A program made the translations under genes and the position numbers. From assembly GCA_003150485.1 (NCBI GenBank), contig QALX01000007.1:66020-130019 (forward strand): a stretch of DNA of 64,000 nt. Reading direction: 5' to 3'. This DNA is from Clostridiales bacterium. Its GTDB lineage: Bacteria > Bacillota > Clostridia > Oscillospirales > Oscillospiraceae. Under the pieces are notes generated by a model that worked only from the letters and a program-made list of their open reading frames with translations, did no database searches and had not been told where the DNA came from. Shown piece after piece: positions 50,274 through 58,713 of the stretch (its first letter is position 1; each line of letters starts with the position of its first letter).

Positions 50274-50896
50274 CACAATTCCTCCGGTATTCCCAATACA
50301 GCCCATTTTACCTGCCCGCCTACCGTCTGCCGGTGGGCGGGATTTTTCCCGTGCAGCTCCCGGTCCCGGGCCACCGCCCACTGTACCCGCGCCCTGGCCC
50401 GCCGGGCCAGCAGCTCCAGCGGTTCCTCCCGGAACCCGTTCGGGTCCGGCATCGGCGGCCGCAATGCCCGCTTCCATCCGGCCTCAGTCATGGCCGGGGC
50501 GGGCCACCGCCCCAGAGAGGCCTCTCCGTTGACCAGATCCAGGCTCATCAGCTGGACATTCCCCGGCTCCGCCACCCCCACCAGGAGGGTAAACAGGGCG
50601 TCCTGCCGCTGAATCCGGTGCTGGACCCGCAGGGCCGGCGCCACCCGGCGGCACACAAGCGCCAGCCGTTTGGACAGGCTCCACTGGCGCCGCCCCAGGA
50701 TGCGGCTGGTCAGCTGGATGTAGTTCACCCCGCCCCACACCGTCAGACCGCAGCAGGCCCAGATCAGGTGCTGTGCCGGGTCGGCAAACACCTTCTGGCT
50801 CCGGTCCAGGTGAAGGGGCAGGTGGGAAAAGGTCAGCCGGCTGTCTCCCGCCGCGGCAATGCCCCGGCGGTTGGCCAGCATACAGATATAGGACAT
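50273..50896 (-). CDS. Hypothetical protein with an Ntn-hydrolase / proteasome-beta-like signature
   Basis: M-SYIC....GI.AAGDSR.T...K.F......CG and C-terminal TVGG.V; AGGGAGGAG RBS; TGATG coupling to the HAD gene. Confidence 0.6.
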   Translation of the reverse strand: MSYICMLANRRGIAAAGDSRLTFSHLPLHLDRSQKVFADPAQHLIWACCGLTVWGGVNYIQLTSRILGRRQWSLSKRLALVCRRVAPALRVQHRIQRQDALFTLLVGVAEPGNVQLMSLDLVNGEASLGRWPAPAMTEAGWKRALRPPMPDPNGFREEPLELLARRARARVQWAVARDRELHGKNPAHRQTVGGQVKWAVLGIPEEL

Positions 50897-50914
50897 CTCC
50901 GTCTCCTCCCTTGG

Positions 50915-51784
50915 TCAGCTCCGCTCCAGGGCCCGGTTCAGGGCGTTGAGGACGCGCTTTTTGTCCCCGCTCCACTGGGGCGCGAGGAGCATCCGTTTGG
51001 GGCCGTCGCCGGTCATCCGGTGGACTACCATGTCCTCGGGCAGCACCTTCACACAGTCCCGCACCAGGGCCACATACTCCTCCAGAGTGGGCAGCGGAAC
51101 GCGCCCCGCCCGGTAGTCCGCCGCCAGGTCAGTGCCCTCCAGCACGTGGAGCAGCTGCAATTTGATGCCGTCACTGTGTTGGCCCACGTAGCGGGCGGTC
51201 TGGAGCATCTCCTCCCGGCCCTCCCCGGGCAGGCACAGGATCACGTGGGTCACCACATGGATGCCCCGGGCCCGCAGCTCTGCCGCCGCCCGTTCGTAGC
51301 AGGGTAAGTCGTACCCCCGGCGGAGGTAGGCGGCGGTGTCTGGGTGGATGGTCTGGAGCCCCAGCTCCACCCACACGGGTTTTCTACGGTTCAGCTCCCC
51401 CAACAGGTCCAGCACCTTCCCGGGCAGGCAATCGGGCCGGGTGGCCACCGAAAGTACCGCGATGTCCTCCCGCTCTACCACCGGGGTAAACAGCTCCCGC
51501 AGCCGCTCCACTGGGGCGTAGGTGTTGGTGTAGGCCTGGAAATAGGCGATGTAGCGGCTGCCACGGTATTTGCCCGCCACCCGGGCTTTGGCCTCCTCGA
51601 TTTGGTCCGGGATGGACAGGCGGGCGTCCGGGGCGAAGTCCCCAGAGCCCCCCGCCGAGCAGAAGATGCACCCCCGGACGCCCAGGGTCCCATCCCGGTT
51701 GGGGCAGGTCATGCCGCCGTTGAGACTGAGTTTGTACAGCTTTTCCCCGAACTGCGCCCGGCAGTATTCGTTCAGCGTCTGCAC
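50915..51784 (-). CDS. TIGR01212 family radical SAM protein (YhcC-like)
   Basis: TCPNRDG....GCIFC, YFQAYTNTY, TRPDCL and ELGLQT motifs. Confidence 0.9.
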   Translation of the reverse strand: MQTLNEYCRAQFGEKLYKLSLNGGMTCPNRDGTLGVRGCIFCSAGGSGDFAPDARLSIPDQIEEAKARVAGKYRGSRYIAYFQAYTNTYAPVERLRELFTPVVEREDIAVLSVATRPDCLPGKVLDLLGELNRRKPVWVELGLQTIHPDTAAYLRRGYDLPCYERAAAELRARGIHVVTHVILCLPGEGREEMLQTARYVGQHSDGIKLQLLHVLEGTDLAADYRAGRVPLPTLEEYVALVRDCVKVLPEDMVVHRMTGDGPKRMLLAPQWSGDKKRVLNALNRALERS

Positions 51785-51924
51785 GGTATCCCTCCCCTTT
51801 TTTTCTCTACTTTATCACACCTGAGTCTCCTTGTCAGCCAGGACTCCCCTTTTTCGGTTGTTCCGCCGCCTCAATTCTGCTAAGATAACAGGAGAACCAT
51901 TCCCCAGCGTGAAAGGAGTGTGCC

Positions 51925-53931
51925 ATGTACGCCATTTTGGACTACAACCCTCAGCTGCGGCCCTACGCCGGCGAAGTAGAACGGCGGGTCCGTCGCTGGC
52001 GGCAGGTCAAGGCCGCCCTGCTCTCCGGCGGCGGCACCCTGAGCCAATTCGCCAACGGAGCCCTCTACTTCGGCATCCACCGCCACAAGAAGGGCTGGGT
52101 GTACCGGGAGTGGGCCCCCGCCGCCCAGCAGCTGTGGCTCATGGGGGACTTCAACGGCTGGGACCGAACCGCCCATCCCATGGCCCGGATGGGAAACGGA
52201 ATCTGGGAGCTGCTCCTCCCCGGCGACGACGCCCTGTGGTCCGGCTGCAAGGTACAGACCCTGGTCCAGGCCAAGGGCCAGGTCACGGAACACATTCCAC
52301 TCTATGCCCGCCGGGTGGTCCAGGACCCGGTGAGCTTCCAGTGGTGCGCCGAGGTCTGGGCGGAGGAGGAGGCGTTTCCCTGGACTCCCTTCCGGCCCGA
52401 CCCGGCGGCGCCCCTGTTTCTCTACGAGGCCCACGTGGGCATGGCTCAGGAAGAGGGAAAGGTGGGCAGCTACCGGGAATTTGCAGACCGCGTCCTGCCC
52501 TGGATTCAGGCCAGCGGCTACAACGCCGTCCAGCTGATGGCGGTGATGGAACACCCCTACTACGCCAGCTTCGGCTATCAGGTGTCCAACTTCTTCGCCC
52601 CCTCCAGCCGGTTCGGCACCCCCACCGACCTGAAGTACTTGGTGGACCGCGCCCATCAGCTGGGGCTCCGGGTGATTCTGGACCTGGTCCACTCCCACGC
52701 CGTGCGCAACACCGCTGAGGGCATCCATCTCTTTGACGGCACCGTCTGGCAGTTCTTCCACGACGGCCCCCGGGGCGACCACCCGGCCTGGGGCACCAAG
52801 CTCTTTCACTACGGCAAGCACGAGGTGCTCCACTTCCTGCTCTCCAATCTAAAATACTGGCTGGAGGAGTACCACCTGGACGGCTTCCGCTTTGACGGCG
52901 TGACCTCCATGCTCTACCGGGACCACGGCCTGGGCGACCCCTTCGATCAGGACAGCCGCTACTTCTCCCACAACGTGGATACCGACGCCCTGGTCTACCT
53001 TCAGCTGGCCAACGAGCTGATCCGGCAGGTGAACCCCGCCGCCGTCACCCTGGCGGAGGACGTGTCCGGGATGCCCGGCATGGGGCTGCCTCTGGCCCAG
53101 GGCGGGCTGGGCTTTGACTACCGGCTGGGCATGGGACTGCCTGACCTGTGGGGCCATCTGGTGAAAACCCAGCGGGACGAGGACTGGGACCTGGAGCAGA
53201 TCTGGGCCAGTCTGTGTCTGCGCCGGCCCGGCGAGAGAACGGTGGCCTATGTGGAGTGCCACGACCAGTCCATTGTGGGGGATCAGGCCATGATGTTCCG
53301 CCTGGCCGGGGCCAGCATGTACACCGACATGAGAACAGACTGCCACTCCCTGGTCATTGACCGGGCCATGGCCCTCCACAAGCTCCTGCGCCTGCTCACC
53401 GCCGCCGCGGGAGGCGACGCCTATCTCAACTTCATGGGCAACGAGTTCGGCCACCCGGAGTGGATCGACTTCCCCCGGGAGGGCAACGGCAACTCCTTCC
53501 GCTACTGTCGCCGCCAGTGGAGTCTGGTCCACAACCCGGACCTGAAATACCGGTTTCTGGCCGCCTTTGACCGGGCCATGCTGGCCGTTATCCGGGAGGG
53601 GAATCTCTACCGCCAGTGGATGCCCGATCTGAAGTTCCTGTCCCGGGAACAGCAGATCCTGGCCTTTGAGCGGGAAGATCTGCTCTTCGCCTTCAACTTC
53701 AACCCCACTGACTCCTTCTCTGACTGCCAGATCCCCGTCAGCCACGGTCAGGACTATGAACTGGTCCTCTCCTCCGATGACCGGATGTTCGGCGGTCAGG
53801 ACCGGGTGGCCCACATCCATTATTCCACCTTTGTCCCCGGCCGGACAGGCAGCTTCCTGCGCCTGTATCTGCCCGCCCGCACCGCCCTGGTACTGCGGCC
53901 CGTGTCAAAAAATACAGGTATTTTCGAGTGA
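51925..53931 (+). CDS. glgB: 1,4-alpha-glucan branching enzyme (GH13)
   Basis: YREWAP, YEAHVG, FGYQVSNFFAPSSRFGTP, GFRFDGVTSM, AEDVSG, YVECHDQ and YLNFMGNEFGHPEWIDFPR motifs. Confidence 0.92.
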   Translation: MYAILDYNPQLRPYAGEVERRVRRWRQVKAALLSGGGTLSQFANGALYFGIHRHKKGWVYREWAPAAQQLWLMGDFNGWDRTAHPMARMGNGIWELLLPGDDALWSGCKVQTLVQAKGQVTEHIPLYARRVVQDPVSFQWCAEVWAEEEAFPWTPFRPDPAAPLFLYEAHVGMAQEEGKVGSYREFADRVLPWIQASGYNAVQLMAVMEHPYYASFGYQVSNFFAPSSRFGTPTDLKYLVDRAHQLGLRVILDLVHSHAVRNTAEGIHLFDGTVWQFFHDGPRGDHPAWGTKLFHYGKHEVLHFLLSNLKYWLEEYHLDGFRFDGVTSMLYRDHGLGDPFDQDSRYFSHNVDTDALVYLQLANELIRQVNPAAVTLAEDVSGMPGMGLPLAQGGLGFDYRLGMGLPDLWGHLVKTQRDEDWDLEQIWASLCLRRPGERTVAYVECHDQSIVGDQAMMFRLAGASMYTDMRTDCHSLVIDRAMALHKLLRLLTAAAGGDAYLNFMGNEFGHPEWIDFPREGNGNSFRYCRRQWSLVHNPDLKYRFLAAFDRAMLAVIREGNLYRQWMPDLKFLSREQQILAFEREDLLFAFNFNPTDSFSDCQIPVSHGQDYELVLSSDDRMFGGQDRVAHIHYSTFVPGRTGSFLRLYLPARTALVLRPVSKNTGIFE

Positions 53932-54050
53932 TTGCAGCCCGGCCGCGCGTCGCCTTAAGGCGATGGCACTTGCGGACTGAGTGGTGTTTTCCCTGACGTG
54001 CATGCCACCACAAAAAACGGAACCTCGTTTTGAGGTTCCGTTTTTTTGTC

Positions 54051-54584
54051 TTATTTTACGCCTTCTATGATCTGCTGTCCGTACAGCTGGAAGCTAGCCG
54101 GAGTAAATGGCTCCATATCCCGCTGAGTTTGGAAGGCGGGGTAATCGCTTCCCGGAACCCACAGCCAGTCCGCTACCTCCGTCTCCTGGGGCCGGATACT
54201 GGTCCGCTCCTCGGGCAGCTGAACCAGATAACTGGCCACCATGGTGTGGTACCAGTGCTGGGAGAATACGTCCTGATAGAGGTAGGTGCCCAGCAGACGC
54301 CAGGCCTTCTCCCCCGGCGTCAGGCCGGTCTCCTCGGCCAGCTCCCGGCTGGCGGCCACAAAGCCGGTCTCCCCCGCCTGGGCAAAGCCGCCGGGAACCT
54401 CCCAGCACCCCGGATACCACACCCGGTCCCCCTGGCGCCGGGTCAGCAGCAGCCGTCCCCCGGCGTCCCGGACCCAGATACGCACCGTTAAGTAGTAATC
54501 TTCCTCGCCGCCCACCTGATCTCTGGGCTGAACCCGGCCGGTGGCGCGGCCCCGGCAGTCATAGACGTCTAACCACTCTGTCAT
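54051..54584 (-). CDS. NUDIX hydrolase
   Basis: GG..QAGET...AASRELAEETG Nudix box. Confidence 0.9.
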   Translation of the reverse strand: MTEWLDVYDCRGRATGRVQPRDQVGGEEDYYLTVRIWVRDAGGRLLLTRRQGDRVWYPGCWEVPGGFAQAGETGFVAASRELAEETGLTPGEKAWRLLGTYLYQDVFSQHWYHTMVASYLVQLPEERTSIRPQETEVADWLWVPGSDYPAFQTQRDMEPFTPASFQLYGQQIIEGVK

Positions 54585-54593
54585 AGGCCCACC

Positions 54594-55172
54594 TCACAGC
54601 AGGGACTGGATATGGCTGAAGGGGAAGGCCACGCACAGGGCCCGGCCCAGCACATAGCCGGTATCCACCATACCCAGCTCGGCGTAGCGGCTGTCGGTGG
54701 AGCCGTTGCGGTTGTCCCCCATGACGAAGATGCAGCCCTTGGGCACGGTGAACTCCCGGTAGACCATACCGCTGCGCTCCACCATTACGTCCTCATCCTC
54801 CTGGTTGATGTAAGGTTCGTCCAGGGCCACGCCGTCCACATAGACGGTGTTGGCATCGTAGTCAATTTCCACTTCCTGGCCGGCCACGGCAATCACCCGC
54901 TTGACGATTGCCTCCTCCAGGAAGGAATCCTTGCGCAGCACCACCACGTCCCCCTGGGCTGGGGTGTAGCCGACACGCTGGATCACCATAATATCCTGGT
55001 GGTGGAGGGTGGGGTACATGGAGGTGCCGGACACCCCGATGACCATGCCCAGAAAGGTGAACACCAGTACCACCCCCACCAGCACAAAGGTCAGCATCTG
55101 GAGCCAGTCATAACAGTCCCGCTTCCAGCTGTCCGGTTCTGTCTCTTGAATGATTCTTTTTCGTCTGCTCAT
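54594..55172 (-). CDS. lepB: Signal peptidase I
   Basis: GTSMYPTL, VKRVIA and MGDNRNGSTDSR motifs. Confidence 0.93.
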   Translation of the reverse strand: MSRRKRIIQETEPDSWKRDCYDWLQMLTFVLVGVVLVFTFLGMVIGVSGTSMYPTLHHQDIMVIQRVGYTPAQGDVVVLRKDSFLEEAIVKRVIAVAGQEVEIDYDANTVYVDGVALDEPYINQEDEDVMVERSGMVYREFTVPKGCIFVMGDNRNGSTDSRYAELGMVDTGYVLGRALCVAFPFSHIQSLL

Positions 55173-55212
55173 GGTTTTTCTGCCTTTCCACAGGGAGACA
55201 ACCCTCCCTTTG

Positions 55213-56007
55213 TCACATGATATCCAGCCGCTGGACCTTTACACAGCGCTTTGTCTCCGTGTCGATGGAGAACAGTACGCTCTCCATTTTGCAGGGACCC
55301 TCCGCCGCCTCATACCGGCGGGGCAGGCCGCCCAGGAATTTATTGATGGAGTCCCCGGGACGAATCCCCAGCACCGACTCCACCGGACCGGTCATGCCCA
55401 GGTCGGTGACGCAGCCAGTGCCGTTGGGGCGGATCAGGGTGTCCGCCGTGGGCACGTGGGTATGGGTGCCCCAGACCGCCGAAACCCGCCCGTCCAGGTA
55501 CCAGCCCATGGCCAGTTTCTCGCTGGTGGCCTCAGCGTGGAAGTCCACCAGGAACAGGTCCGCCTGGCCCGCCAGCTGGCCGAGAATCTGGTCCGCCCGG
55601 CGGAAGGGGTTGTCCACATTGGGGTCCATGGACACCCGGCCGATCAGGTTGATGACCCCGATCTGCAGCCCCATCGGCCCGTCAAAAACACCGTAGCCCT
55701 GGCCGGGCAGTCGCTGGGCAAAGTTGGCTGGCCGCAGCAGATAGGCGCAGTCGTCCAGGTAACGTGTGATCTTCATCTTGCCCCAGGTGTGGTTGCCCAG
55801 GGTCACCACGTCGGCCCCGGCGTCAAACATCTCCTCCACCTGGCCGGGCAGCACGCCGATGCCGGCGGCGTTTTCCCCGTTGACCACGGTGAAGTGAACA
55901 CCGTGCTCCTGTTTCACCCGGCGCAGGTTTCGGCTGAGGAAGTCCAGGCCGCTCTCCGCCACCACGTCCCCCACTGCCAACACTTGGAGAATCATATCTT
56001 CGGCCAC
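55213..56007 (-). CDS. ymdB: YmdB-like (TIGR00282) metallophosphoesterase
   Basis: GDVV, NGEN, TLGNH, DFHAEATSEK, GTHTHV and TDLGMTGP motifs. Confidence 0.9.
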   Translation of the reverse strand: MAEDMILQVLAVGDVVAESGLDFLSRNLRRVKQEHGVHFTVVNGENAAGIGVLPGQVEEMFDAGADVVTLGNHTWGKMKITRYLDDCAYLLRPANFAQRLPGQGYGVFDGPMGLQIGVINLIGRVSMDPNVDNPFRRADQILGQLAGQADLFLVDFHAEATSEKLAMGWYLDGRVSAVWGTHTHVPTADTLIRPNGTGCVTDLGMTGPVESVLGIRPGDSINKFLGGLPRRYEAAEGPCKMESVLFSIDTETKRCVKVQRLDIM

Positions 56008-56286
56008 TCCTTATCCTAAAAATTGATACCGTTTCAGTATACGCTATTCCAGGAAAAAGCGCAACGACAACCTCAGGGAAGCGCTATGAAATGCAACAAT
56101 TCCTGTACACGCAAGCCTCGCTCCTACATTACATAATATTACAAAATAATTACATAAATATACTTTTTTAGTGTCCTGTTTACAAATGGCCCAGATTATG
56201 CTATATTCTTGTTGAGAGCAGTACGTAACAACCAAATAGTTTTTTCATAAACAAGACACAAAATCAAAATTTAGGAGGGATCTAGT

Positions 56287-56535
56287 GTGAAAAAACTAAT
56301 CTGTTGCTTTCTTGTCCCGATGCTGTTACTGGCAGTCTCTTTTCTTAATCTCACTACAGGCAATCCCTGTTATACCAATACTGACCTGCTCTTTTGCTCC
56401 GCAGGCGGTGAAGAGATTCACATTCCGAAAGGCACCTTCACCGAAAACAACGCTTATTACAATTTTTACGACAGTGTTTCCCACAAAACATATGATGTCT
56501 ATCGTGCGGATACCGATGAGTTTTTACGTTCTTGA
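56287..56535 (+). CDS. AT-rich small exported hypothetical protein, possibly truncated
   Basis: AGGAGGG RBS; signal-like N-terminus MKKLICCFLVPMLLLAVS; TTTACA-17-TATATT promoter at 56179-56207. Confidence 0.45.
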   Translation: MKKLICCFLVPMLLLAVSFLNLTTGNPCYTNTDLLFCSAGGEEIHIPKGTFTENNAYYNFYDSVSHKTYDVYRADTDEFLRS

Positions 56536-56651
56536 ACATCCCCTTAGCAGGTTGAACGGCGTTTTTGCTCCGCCACCTGACCAGTCCGTATTTCTTCTTT
56601 TTCAAAAAGGCGGCGGAGCATTACACTCCGCCGCCTTTTCCGACGCCCTGC

Positions 56652-57344
56652 TCAGGAACAGAACCGGTGCTTGCCGATCACTGTCAACAGGGGCCGGGAC
56701 CAGATCCACTTGCTGGTGGCCGTGGCCGGGTTGAAATAGTAGATGGCGCCGCCGGAGGGGTCCACGCCGTTGAGGGCATCCTGGGCCGCCTGGTAAGAGG
56801 AGGAAGCCACCGGCTGGTCAATCTGGCCGTCCACCATACAGGTGAATGCGCCGGGCTCGTACACCACCCCCGCCATGGTGTTGGGGAAGGAGGGGTGGGC
56901 AATCCGGTTGAGGATCACCGCCCCCACCGCCACCTGGCCGCTGTAGGGCTCCCCTCGGGCCTCCGCCGAGATCACCTTGGCCAAAAGGGCCACATCGCTC
57001 TTGGAGGTATTGGAATTGCCCGAGGAGGAACCGGAGCTGCCGCCCTGGTTCTCCATCCCCAGGGCCTTCAGGGTTGCCGGCCCCGCCACCCCGTCCGGAG
57101 TCAGGCCGTTGGACTGTTGGAAATAACGGACCGCTTTTGCGGTACCGCTGCCGAAGACGCCGTCCACGGGACCGTTGAAGTAGCCCCAGCGCCGCAGCTT
57201 AGTCTGTATCGTGGTTACAGCGTTTCCCGTGTCTCCCTGCCGGTAGCTGGCCGCCAGCGCGGGCTGGACCAGCTGGATCATCAATGTGAAAATCAATAAG
57301 AATGTGCAAAGCAGGGCACACAGCCGTTTTCGATGCCGTATCAT
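56652..57344 (-). CDS. sleB: Spore cortex-lytic enzyme
   Basis: Peptidoglycan-binding domain (DGVFG..T..AV..FQ..GL..DG.AG..T) plus Hydrolase_2 (AEARGEPY.GQVAVGAVILNR, A.YYFNP); GGATA-N17-CAAAATA sigma-G-like promoter at 57406-57378. Confidence 0.93.
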   Translation of the reverse strand: MIRHRKRLCALLCTFLLIFTLMIQLVQPALAASYRQGDTGNAVTTIQTKLRRWGYFNGPVDGVFGSGTAKAVRYFQQSNGLTPDGVAGPATLKALGMENQGGSSGSSSGNSNTSKSDVALLAKVISAEARGEPYSGQVAVGAVILNRIAHPSFPNTMAGVVYEPGAFTCMVDGQIDQPVASSSYQAAQDALNGVDPSGGAIYYFNPATATSKWIWSRPLLTVIGKHRFCS

Positions 57345-57489
57345 GCTCTCTCGCCAACCTTTCTATCAATACGGCATTATTTTGACTGATTTCCCTCCCT
57401 TTATCCTTTCCAAATAACGGAAGCACCCGTTGTTTTTTTCTTTTCTTATGATATGATAATAAAAGAAATCCATTGGAGGAGGCTGCACC

Positions 57490-57993
57490 ATGCACGACGA
57501 ACTGACCCGCACCGACATCGAAAAAATGAAAGAAGAGCTCCACCAACGCCGTACCGTCACCCGGCCCCAGCTGCTGGAAGCGGTGAAGGAGGCCCGGGCC
57601 TTCGGCGACCTCAGCGAAAACTTTGAGTACAAGGCCGCCAAGCGGGAGAAAAACCAGAACGAGAGCCGAATCCGCTACCTGGAAAATATGATCAAGACCG
57701 CTGTGGTCATCAGCGACCACTCCGGCGCCGGGGAGATTGGCCTGTTTGACAAGGTCACCGTCCTCTTTGAGGAAGACGACGAGACCGAACAGTTCCAGCT
57801 GGTCACCACCCTGCGTCAGGACTCCCTCCACGGCCTCATCAGCAAGGAGTCCCCGGTGGGCAAAGCCCTGCTGGGCCGCCGGGCCGGGGACCGGGTGACC
57901 GTCCGGGTCAGCGATAGTTACTCCTATCCCCTGCGGATTCTGGCAGTGGAAAAGGGCGCCGACGACGGTTCTATCCCCATCAGCCCCTTCTGA
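57490..57993 (+). CDS. greA: Transcription elongation factor GreA family
   Basis: AR.FGDLSENFEY.AAK and IS.ESPVGKALLG motifs. Confidence 0.9.
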   Translation: MHDELTRTDIEKMKEELHQRRTVTRPQLLEAVKEARAFGDLSENFEYKAAKREKNQNESRIRYLENMIKTAVVISDHSGAGEIGLFDKVTVLFEEDDETEQFQLVTTLRQDSLHGLISKESPVGKALLGRRAGDRVTVRVSDSYSYPLRILAVEKGADDGSIPISPF

Positions 57994-58090
57994 TGTTCGA
58001 CTGCCCCTTGCCAGAGTTGCTTTTCCTGTGCTATAGTGGGAGAACAAAGGGTATTCACGGAACTACATTTGAACGTCAGGAGGACTCATA

Positions 58091-58396
58091 ATGAAATTTG
58101 AATGCGCATTCATCTATGTGGCGCCCGGCTGCGACCCCGCTAAGGAGCGCACCGTCATTGAGGGCGATTCCATCAACATGAACGTCACCGGCTGCGCCAC
58201 CTACGCCCAGGCCGAGGAAATCGCCAAGGAGATGGTGGCCAAGGGCTGCTCCGCCATCGAGCTGTGCGCCGGCTTCGGCAACGAGGGCATCGCCCGCATC
58301 AAGCGCGCCGTCGGCCCCGGCATCGCCGTGGGCGCAGTGAAGTTCGACTTCCACCCCGCCTTCGAGTTCAAAAGCGGCGACGACATGTTCGGCTGA
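58091..58396 (+). CDS. DUF6506-like small protein
   Basis: AFIY and G...IELCAGF motifs; AGGAGG RBS. Confidence 0.7.
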   Translation: MKFECAFIYVAPGCDPAKERTVIEGDSINMNVTGCATYAQAEEIAKEMVAKGCSAIELCAGFGNEGIARIKRAVGPGIAVGAVKFDFHPAFEFKSGDDMFG

Positions 58397-58539
58397 GCCG
58401 GACCCCGACCAATCAGGCCGCAGTGTGCCGGGAAGGTGCACTGCGGCCCCTTTTCCCCTGCCGCCCCGTTCACAGATGGTTTACAAAGGGTTTCCAGCCT
58501 GTTCAAGATTTCCCACCCCCGCCCTGGTATCCTGTCATT

Positions 58540-58652
58540 GTCAGGATAAAGCAATGTTCCAACTCATTTCTATACTCTACTCATTGTGAAATAACACCTC
58601 CCTCTCTCTTTTTTGAAGCGCCCTGCTGTCCCATCGGATAGCGGGGCGTTTT
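58540..58652 (+). ncRNA. Candidate small RNA B (may also encode an 11-aa peptide)
   Basis: Four phased boxes plus TG-G-TATCCT -10; anti-SD CACCTCCCTCTCTC; terminator at 58617-58652. Confidence 0.5.
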
Positions 58653-58713
58653 ATCGCCTGCGTATAAAAGCGCCGCCGCCGGAACCATCCGACGGCGGCT
58701 TGCTGTATTCTGC

